The position numbers and the translations under genes were made by a program. A DNA stretch of 61,751 bases, the filler included, from Choristocarpus tenellus KU-1152 (lineage: Eukaryota > Protista > Phaeophyceae): assembly GCA_964200185.2 (NCBI GenBank). It is 7 parts of 7 records of this genome, joined end to end, with 100 filler letters (N's around TTAATTAATTAA, not from the genome) between each part and the next. Parts side by side here need not be neighbours in the genome. Positions count along the whole stretch, not along the records: positions 1 to 29,215 come from CAXNAD020000112.1; 6 more parts are not named here. One strand, given 5' to 3'. Positions 1-9,921 of this stretch are shown piece after piece. The notes under the pieces were generated by a model. That model was given only the letters and a program-made list of their open reading frames with translations. It had not been told where the DNA came from and made no database searches. The stretch's first letter is position 1. Each line of letters starts with the position of its first letter.

Positions 1-786
1 GGGGGGGAGGAGCGTAGGGACGAACACAGAGGCATGGCTGGGTGCCTCAGACAGGATTCAGGCGTCTCCTATCTTTGGTTAGTGAAAATTGTGAGGTTCA
101 CTGAGTCGGTTCTACCTCAAACAGTGGCGGCAGCAGCATCATTTTTTTTTTCTTTTTTCTCATGAGCAAATTCCATACAGTACAAAACGTTTCTGTTCTT
201 CTTTAAGCTCTACAACAAACATATAAAAAAATAAACTAACGATCATCACAACCGACCGACCTCTCCCGCTTCTTCCTAGTGAAAAAAAAAAAACTTACAA
301 CCGACAGATGCTGGCGGCCCAAAAAAAAAGAAAACAAAAAAAAAGCGTACATTTTACAATGCTAGACACTTATTAAAACAACATACACACACACACACAA
401 AAGTAGTTGTGATTATAGCCCAGGTGTGAAGGCACGAAGTTTACAACCCAACTCACATCTGTCTCTGATCAACTTTTCAAGTAGGGATGATCCCCAGGGG
501 GGAGGGAGAGGACATCCAAAAGCATTAAAAAGTGAAACACACAAAAAAACAAAAAAAAAAAAGGTACAGCAAGCGATCCGCTGGGAAAAGAAAAAAAAAG
601 AAAAAAAAGTCAATCCACCACAGATCCCGGGTCACCTTCTAGATCAATCTCCCCCTTCAATGATCCCCCGCCACTGTACCAAATAACAAGCTCTTACATC
701 TCTTCCCTTGGTGTCACCTCAAAGTAGTCCCAACCCTAGCCCTAACAAAACTCCCTCGAACGAACCTCACCCTACGACACCCTCAC

Positions 787-2429
787 CTGTAGTAGAAGCG
801 TCCAAATCGCGCTCGTTCTGCCTTGGAGGCGACGATCGTGGCGAGGTTCTGGAAATTTCCAAACTGCTGCTCGGTTAAACGCGGCTCCTCCCTAACCCCA
901 ACGATGTAGTTGGTATCAAACGCCTCCACCATGCCCGCAAGGGTCTGTTCGTTGACATTGCGGAGGCGTGTTTGTCACTCCGGAGTGTGTAACCTACACT
1001 TTAGAACATGGTACAAAAAAAATAATGGCGACCGCTAGGACGAAGCAATAATACTCCAATCAGACAACAAACAAAAGAGGTCCTTCGGAAAAGGTTCCAG
1101 CGGGAGTAGGAAGCAGTGACACAAATTGGCTGTGTGGCTGGGTTGGTGACTGGGGTAAGCAAGAAGGCACATGGGAAAGAGAGAGCGAGAGAGAGAGAGA
1201 GAGAGAGAAGGGGGATGAAACAATAAAAGAATGATGACAAGCATTTACCATACCATCACAGACCACTTGCTTTGGCACATTCAACCTTGAATATTACAAT
1301 GATCCACTCCCTGGTCATTCTTATTATCCTTGATTGGATGGTATGCAACAGTATGCAATTGAGGTCTTGGAGATAAGTGCCATTACCAGAGATTGTGCTA
1401 CTATCATGTAAATGCTGCAACATACACGCCTACGACCTCAGTCATGGCGACACCATAGGCAGAGAGACACACAACACAGATGAAAACATATATTCCACCC
1501 AAGACAATGCATGCAACTCCCTGCAACCCCCTACAACCCCCCATCCTTAAGTGAATCCCAAGTGACTTGAATTTTTAAAAAAAGGTAAAAAATAAGTAAA
1601 AAGGACAACAAAACAGTTGAGAGTACTCGACACTAGCTGACCCTTGACTGCACCTGCTTGGTTCGCATGTAGGGAGAGGTGTAAATAAAGAGGGGCTTGT
1701 CCCCAATGAACTCCTTGATGTTCTCCCCAGCTACACGCGAGTCTTGAAACCCTTTCTTGGTGAGAGGGATCTTCCAATCCGGGATGTGGACGTAGGTCTG
1801 TACAAATAGAGAGTGAGTGAGTGTGAGTGTGTGTGTGTGTGTGCGCGCGCGCGCGCGCGTGGGTGCATGAGAGAGAGGAGAGATAGAGAGCAGCCATAAC
1901 ACAAAAAAAAACAATGCAAGCACAGAACTTTACTCTGGTAGAGGGAGTATCATAGAGCTCCACCACACGAAGGATAACAAATAATAACTGAAGTTTGATC
2001 CCTGAAATATAGCCAGGGGAAGGATCAGAGCAAGCAGTTCCTTGGGAGGCGGTGCTTCAAATACTTGCGTGTTGCCGCAACCAGTAGTACCTCCTACGGG
2101 CTGGTATTGAGCGGGGAGTGCTTATCATGTAAAATGCAACTCATGAGGGTGATGAGGTTCTTGAGGGGTTGAGCATGGTCCTGTGATGCTACTGCAAACA
2201 GTCTCTTCGATATCCTTTTGTCAGACAGAACGCACGCGCCAACCCTCATACACCTCACCGACTCATCCAGGTTCCCCATGCTCTCCCCATGCCTAACGAT
2301 GATGATTCTCTCCGGCTTGATCAATCTCGTGCCGATATCACCCGAGAATAAGCCCAGACTATCCTGCTCCCCCCGTGCGGATTGTTGTAAATATTGGCAA
2401 GGCATGCAAGGCACGAGGTGGTTTTTCAT
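787..2429 (-). CDS. Histidine phosphatase / phosphoglycerate-mutase-like protein (DET1/AT74-like); 5' part, continues off the left edge. Exons ~2429-2259, 1797-1654, 944-787
   Basis: Spliced translation ...KPERIIIVRHGESMGNLDES|TYVHIPDWKIPLTKKG...IYTSPYMRTKQ|TLAGM...REEPRLTEQQFGNFQ...RARFGRFYYR. Has the RHG catalytic motif, SPYxRTxQT and EQxFGNFQ/FYYR motifs. GT-AG junctions keep frame. Start codon uncertain. Confidence 0.88.
1811..1860. repeat. Compound microsatellite (GAGT)n(GT)n(GC)n next to a splice acceptor
   Basis: Directly visible alternating purine-pyrimidine tract. Confidence 0.95.
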
Positions 2430-2812
2430 TGGTTACCATCAGCAAACCGACAGGCAGGAGGAGTAAGGCATTGGGTTGGGGGAAGGCAGTCATGTGGTGG
2501 AAATACAGATGCCGACGGAATATTTGAAGGGTGGTGGAAGGGGTTGGAGTGTTTTTTCTGCTAGTTTTCCGTTCGTTCTTTCAATTGGAGAGCTAACAAA
2601 AAAAACATGCCTGCAAAGAATTCCGAGGTTTGTTAAAAGCAAGTAGGAGTGGAGGGGGGGGGAGGGGGGGGAAGTTTTTTTTGGGGGGATATGAGGAGTC
2701 TTGGATGACCCTTTGCCAACGAATAGTAACCTTGAATGCCTCCTACAGAAGTAAACCTGTGATCAGTATCAAGGGTTTCAGTAAATCAGGCAGGCTTCCA
2801 ATCAACAAACTC

Positions 2813-2814
<2 letters not shown>

Positions 2815-2867
<53 letters not shown>
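2815..2867. repeat. (CA)n microsatellite
   Basis: Directly visible. Confidence 0.97.
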
Positions 2868-2868
<1 letters not shown>

Positions 2869-5459
2869 GATAAAACATGACAAGCTCATTTATCCAAGTA
2901 GCAATGCAGTCAACAAAATAGAAACATTTTGCAATAGAGAGCAGGACATCAGGGAGTCCAACATGTCCTTCATCCCCCAAAGGTCACAGTGTGGCATACA
3001 TCAGGGACAACATTGTTAAGATTCAGGTGTACAAGCCAATCCCTCCTCCCTGCCCAAGCCATCAATTCTAACTCCCTCTTGCCCCTCCCACATTCTGGAC
3101 TCGGAGTTTGGCATTATCAGTTCATTCCACGAAAGGCATCACATATCCATCCATCCATCCATCCATCCATCTTGTAGACAGGGGATTCTCATCACTAAGC
3201 ACCTGCATGAAATTGAGACAGTTGTCCCCTATCACTAGGTGTCCCTGCATACATTTATGTCTGTATCTTGATGTGTGGCCAAAGGGGGCTAACGCAGTAG
3301 AGGAAGTCTCAGTAAAAATACCCATACAAGTCAAAATGCATCCCAACCCTCAGCTAAAACCCTCAGAGATCAAACTGACAGCAAAAATCGTGTCAACTTG
3401 AGAGATAAAGGGCTCATATTTCACAAAATATTCCTGTTTACCAGGTATCTGTGCAATAAAATTTTCTGGGTTGGCTACAGGACACACCAAATGTCCCTAG
3501 AGAAGGGTAGTCACCCAGGCTGGGAAGGCATACATTAGTAGCATCGCAAAAATAACACCATTAATAGAGGGACTAAGGGCAGGAATAGGGATACTGTTTC
3601 CTGAGGATTTGAGGCTGGGTTTGTGCTCAAATTGATTTGAAATTACTTGATCAATCACTCCTGGTTCCCTAGTCAATTTGCAAGGGAAAGCGGTCTTTGG
3701 TAGTGCTCCAGAGGGTCAGCATCAAACAACATAAACATACCCTTGAGGTTTGTACTTGGTCCCAGTATTGCTGCAAAGTGGTCAAGACCAACCTTTGGAT
3801 TGGATTTCAGCAAGGGTCGGGCAAGCAAATATCTCTACTATTACATGCACCCTATGCATAGAACACACCTTGTGATGCCACCTACTTGGTTCCCAAAGTG
3901 CACTACATCTTCAAGGGCGATAGACCAATTGAACGTAGATACCTACACGCTATTTTTTCTCCTCCAAGCGGTAGAAGTACATCCCGTCCATAATATTTGT
4001 AATGTGAAAACCCTCTTCATATGATATGCTACACCGCGCCAATCAATAACCTCTGTGCTCACCTGGTCTCCTTGAGAGTAATGGCGCCTCCCCCAGAAGG
4101 ATTCGTGTCCCCGCCGGCCTCCTGTGTGGTATATCCTCTGTTGATGATTATGCACCTTCTCTCGTGCCTCCGACCGCACCACTCCAGGAGCCATAAACAT
4201 TCTCAACTGATGGTGTTGGACCCTCCAGGCTCGCCGCACTTTCCGACCAAATTTAACTTGTGACGGGTCCTCGCCATTTCCGCTTCGTTCGGTGTCCTTG
4301 CTTGAACCTAAAGCACCCTCCTGTAGGTTGGCAATTTTGCTCATATATTCTCCCACCCTCTTGAGTTTCCCCCGGTACCCCTTGCTCCCGCAATTTTCAC
4401 ATACCTCCCAGTTCCAGTTGAGGAGAACAGGTGCGCTTCTGATAACATCAACATTGTGTATGGGCGAATTTCCAACTAAGCGGAAGAAAACTTGATTATG
4501 CAAACACCCAGGCCTAAAGCTTCCAGCGACGGCGAGGCCTCTGCCTTTCAGGCCTGCTTGCATCGATTCTGGGGAGTGGGCTCGGCGTAGGGAACCCTGG
4601 CTCAGAGTGGGAAAGATGGTTTTTGGGGGGGGGCTATGAGGCTGCCCAGGCCAGTGCATCATCGCCCTGGAGCCCCCAAAACTGACAAACTAAACTATCA
4701 TCAAACTACCTCCTGTACAGCCCAAACTCAGAAGAACTTTGTTGGACTGCATCGCTAGGGTGTCCTCAACCACCTAGACCACTACATGAGCTCTACCACT
4801 CCCTCTTTCACCAATTGTCTCTTCCTTAAGAATACTTCGATATAGATGCAAAAGTAACATCAACTTGTTGGTATATGTGTGTAGTAGTGTTATTACTCTT
4901 GTGACTCCCCACACTACAAATCTTTCTCGTAACCCTTCCGTCACAAGGTTGCAAATCTCAACTTCTGTGCACATGTACCTTAGGTATACTACTGTCGCAA
5001 CTTGTACTTAAGTTCTTACATCTCAATTAGCTTATCTCACTGATGGAGGTGGAAAGGTTACAGCAATGTACCATTTCAAGAACAATAGTGGTAAACCTTC
5101 TTCCCCAGAATCCGTAACGACAAGCCCAGTAGGAATTTCTGAGGTGGAATACCTAAAACGACCCCCCCTATGTTGTGCGACTTTGCTGAGACATCTCTAG
5201 AACTCGAAACAGCTGTTCTTATCTAATCATCGCTATCCTACCCATCAGCCTGAACATATTATTTTCTCGCACATTCGTCCATGCGATGTGCAATGAACCT
5301 AGGGATGGCATTGCCAAACTGGACTTGAGAGACAGTCACTTCAAGAGTTGTAGAGCACAGCGAGATAAGTTGGGTGTCCTGAAAAGAATGCAACGAGCGT
5401 CATAGTTGCCCGAGCTGACGTGATGTTCAAAGAACGAAGAAGTCACACCTGAACCACCC

Positions 5460-6900
5460 CGATGGTCCACCAGAGGGGATCGGGGGATCCCCTGTCTATG
5501 ATCTTCTCAGGTTCAGAATCATCGGATAATGAGGAAGAGGCATTGGACATGAGCGCAGATTCCGACCCACTGTTGGACTTGATGTCTTGAATGGACCCAC
5601 TCTCTCATTGGTCTTCTTCTTGCATCGTTTCTTCAGCAAAAACAATGCCACGCTCCTCCTAACTACAGAGTTTGTGTGCCTTAGATCTAGGTAGGACAAC
5701 TATCTTGCTTCAACCCGATATCTGAACGCACTGGGTTGCCAGCATGAATCTTGTGATTTGAAATCTATTTTTATCCATTGAACCCCTACAGTTGAATGGT
5801 GTTGACCTCGCTACCTGGTCAGATTGCAGTCTTCCCTTGACACACCAGTCCCTGCAACACCCCAAGCCTTGTTGGAAGATGTGCAGAAAGCGTTGATTAA
5901 TGTGTTCACCCCTTTATATGATGTGAGAGTGTTTCAGCCTGTAGACTTCACCCTCCTTGAAGCAGGACAAGACTGAGTGTATCGATCTGTACACACTATA
6001 CGACATCCATGAATCGTTCTGTAGATGATGTTCACTGCACCAAACCCCCCTTCAGATAGTGGTTACACTGGTGCACCATCATCCTCTTCATCGAGCACTT
6101 AAAATCGCACTCATGGAAGATGGATTGCTCATCAAGACTTCTCTTGAACAAATCTAGGAAGGGTATGATATAGTGAAGATAACAAAATTCTTCTTAGTGC
6201 ATTACCCAATGTTAAACCATAACCACGCTCCAGCGGTTCAATTATGATATTAGCTATATTGCTTTCATCATTTGCACCATCATATACAATTTTTGATGGC
6301 TTGATTAATGAATTCCAATTCTTATTAAGTAATGACATATATTTGTTCCCTAAATCTCTTAAATATCTCAACTAAATGAGAAAAAACTATGTGATAAACC
6401 TCCCCATCCAAGTTCTCTATATGCCCACCATGCTCCAAGACCAATACCAGCTGTTAGTGCCATTAGCGCAAAACTCGAGAAAGTCTTATTAATTTGCAGA
6501 ATTTCTTTTTTTTCAAGTGGTCTATACAGTAAGAGTACTCCTCCTGTAAAAAGTCCAACATAGCTGACTAGTCCTGTGTATAGTAAGGGAGGGTGAATTG
6601 CAAGAGGGTCTGCTACTACAGTTAATTAGGCCTGTGACTATGAACAAAGTGTCACAAGGCCATCAACCTTTCTGGTCACTCCCCTGTCCCCACAACTTCC
6701 AACACAGCTATCGTTCACACACCCCACCATGAGCACATTCCTCACTTACTTGAATTTCGTCCAACTTCAGCGAGGGAAGCAACGTCTTTGGATGGGGATG
6801 AACCATCACCAGGCAGAAGAACCATCCTAGCCTGTTCTTCTGCTTGGTCGTTGACGACATCACCTGTGACAGGTGGTTCTGATGGCTGTTCCAGGTCCCG
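5460..6900 (-). pseudogene. Decayed coding-like sequence of unknown family (probably a TE or viral relic); hosts the rpoA insertion
   Basis: Protein-like minus-strand frames broken by TGA/TAA/TAG stops, e.g. [50 protein letters not shown]. No family motif recognised; limits approximate. Confidence 0.35.
6171..6338 (-). pseudogene. rpoA: Bacterial RNA polymerase alpha subunit N-terminal fragment (Rickettsiales-type), truncated
   Basis: [56 protein letters not shown] contains the RpoA signature [22 protein letters not shown] and the alphaproteobacterial N-terminus KNWxxLIKP. Sharply AT-rich; AGGGA lies just upstream of the ATG. Confidence 0.92.
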
Positions 6901-8269
6901 GCCTCATCGTCCCAACCATCATGCTGAATCCCCACCCATGATCAGTCAGCATGTAAACAAGCACCATAGCACTCCACAACGTGATACTTGACTGTACACT
7001 GGCTGTCAGGCTCTTGCTCATGAGGGTCATTCAACCCAGTTATGCCTCAACAACCCACAGGATAATCATTGGCTCTACTTGTGCCACAAGATAAAGGAGT
7101 GTGTGAAGCGCTGATAATCAGATTCCTCATCAATAAACAGACCAGGTAGAACTTTCCAATGGGCTCACTTCATTACACGCAGCTCCATTGTGGCATCAAA
7201 CAAAATGGTCATGACGAATTTGTTCCTGCCAAGGAAAGGAATGGTCCAAAGAATAGAACATGGACATGCATTCTGTATGACGGAATACTGACCTCTTGAT
7301 TTTCCGACGAAAAACCTCCAACGTACGCAGTAAGCAAGATGCTCAGTAATCCTGTGTGATGTTTGATTGGTAAAATGACACTGCTTTAGACTCCCGCTAT
7401 TGGATACTAATCCAAGGAAGGTGTTCATTTGGAAGAGAGAACCACGGTCATGAATGATGCGAATTCTTACATACATTCATGCTGAAGTCCTCTTTTCCAA
7501 CAGCCCCTCAAATACATACTTTTGATCCTGCCTAGCCAGCATCACTTTACGGGATTGATTCTTGACTCCCATTCATTCAAGGTTCCACTGTGGGGAAAAA
7601 CTAAGACAAATGAGCTCGCTGTCTCCTTAGTGTCCTATCAACAACAATAGCAGCACGGAGTCTCCAAAATTGGCAGGGGAGGGGATGAAAGTACCCCAGA
7701 AGTTGTCACGGAAATTCTTTGTGTTGAGCATGCTGAAAAGTTCAAGAGGTTCATGACAACACTGGCTGGTCAACTTTGCTGTAAACTGAGTGAGGTGCAT
7801 ATGCCACAAAACTTTATCTTCTCATCAGTCAATGATGTTACCTTTCAGTTCCCTACTATCTTTTATGCCCTCTTGTCTCGGAGAAAACCCACATCATGTG
7901 TCCAATCCTGGTCTTGACATAACAAAGGTAGCACACTCCAATCCTAGCCCCCCCCTTCACCACAAGTCCACACCCCAGTTTTCAGGTTGATTCCTCACAC
8001 ACTACAGAGTAGCACAGCCAAATGGTGGGTGTACGCGTTGCATTTCAGTCCCATAGTTACTTCCAAGCTGACCAGGTATTGCCCTGAGAAAGCTTACTAT
8101 GTAGACATAGGAAACAATCCTCCCCCTCAAACTACTAGTAAGTAATCCCAAGACAGCAAATTGTAAGGATGTTTGCTGCCATGTAAGTAGATGACAAAAT
8201 ACATTTAAGCTGCTGACATGCCATCATTGTCGTGGTCCCTGTTGCCTTCTCATATTTCCCACTTCTATT

Positions 8270-9207
8270 CTAGGAACGGCGCTCCTTCATTAGGGCTTCT
8301 CTCTCCTTAAACCTGCACAGGACAGGGGGGATGTAGAAACCCGTAAGCATCAAGAAATGGGCTAAGTCAGGGTATTTTCTCAGGTCTCACTGACACAAAC
8401 ACTTCCCTCACAGCATATCCATCAAGTGAATGCACGGATCTCCTTCGTGAAGTTAGGTTGCAGTAGGGGTGGTGCCATGAATAACGTACCACACAGTAAG
8501 CCCCTTGAAATTGATCTTGCTAGAAAAATATGAGATATTTCAAGTATAAAGACCCACCCATGGACAAGGTTATTCTACAAGAATATTGGCAAAAAAAAAT
8601 TGCATTGAGCGATGCAATCATTTCCCGGTGATCTTTCCCACGTACACATCCAAGCTTGTCTATTTCAAGAATTCATGGTAACCAGTAGAATATGCTTATT
8701 CAAGTACATGAATCAGTCCGTACCATGAAATCAGTCATTGCAATGGTATCCTCTTTATATCGAATGCAGTCCTATGAGTGATAAGTGGACAAAGAAAAGT
8801 ATATTTTACGTGTAATTTGTCCTACCCAGTCTTCCTTACGACAAGAAGGCGTGGTCGAGAAGAAATATTAAGACAGTACATTTTGGGATAACAAATACAT
8901 ATTAGTAGCCGATGCGGTCTTCACTTTGAAATATACGCTATTTTTATCGTGTTACAACCCTATTTCCCACAATCTCCCGGTTGAACGTTCAAACGATGAC
9001 TACTCACTCTAGGTATTGGCACTTCTCGTAAATGTGTCTCTCATGCGTGCATTCCCATGGCATGTAACTAGTCTCCACACGGCACTTATTCAAAGGGATT
9101 AACAAGTGGGCGCACTTGTCACGAAACGCCAACGGAAGCCTGGCTTCAACCATTTCGGCCTCCGTAGCCTTTCCCTCCACCCCATGGCCGTGCCCGTGTC
9201 CTCCCAT
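8270..9207 (-). CDS. NDUFB7: NADH:ubiquinone oxidoreductase subunit B18 (NDUFB7); exons 9207-9008 and 8312-8270
   Basis: ATEAEMVEARLPLAFRDKCAHLLIPLNKCRVETSYMPWECTHERHIYEKCQYLE|FKEREALMKERRS*. Twin CX9C motif; phase-2 GT-AG intron. Confidence 0.95.
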
Positions 9208-9921
9208 TGCAGTAAAGCCCTCCCTGCAGTCATGAGTCAGCGGTTGGGAAATGGAGTTACAACGAGATGCCGTGGTCGGATTCTCTAAAGGGTGTGGTCT
9301 TCAACCTATAATCTAAAGTCGTGTCACCTAGGGGTCTCACCATATGGTCTAGTTGCGTCAAGCAATGCGTATACCTACAATGTCAGCATTTAACAAGTGT
9401 CAGTCCCAATTCGCTCTAGAGTATGCTGGTCGATTTCCAAGTCCAGCAAGGTTTTCATTCCATTTTTCCATTTTTCCATTATCAAAGTCGCATAAAATCT
9501 TCTAACTACGGGACCTCCGGAGAGTTGTGCCTATGATATCAAAGGTCTCGTTACAGATCTCTCTGACTATTCCAAATTTCCATACCATCTCAATCAACCT
9601 GCCCATATTTACACAGAAGTCAACGTGCAAGCTTGGGATCACCTTTTTGCACCTGGGGATAAGATCGTGGGTTAATCTACCTTTAACTCCCTCCCTAGTC
9701 ACCGAACACAAGGTGAAACAAAGGTGAAGCAGAATTCACTTCACCCTTTCCCTTAACTCTCATCTATGACCAAGCGTAAAGCAATCAATATAATACCAAA
9801 CCCTTCATATGTACTCACCACCTTTACAAACTCACCTCACAAGAAATATCCCGACCTAAAGGTCACTGACAGAAGAAACTTTGGGTATCTCAACCATTAG
9901 TGTGTATCAGGCCAGGGCATC
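9208..9921. promoter_or_regulatory. Putative bidirectional promoter region (714 bp between divergent start codons)
   Basis: Head-to-head ATGs at 9207 (-) and 9922 (+). No specific element identified. Confidence 0.5.

Noticed and set aside
5305-5345. IAKLDLRDSHF resembling an RT motif
   Set aside because: No downstream PFG or YxDD motifs in frame; too short to call.
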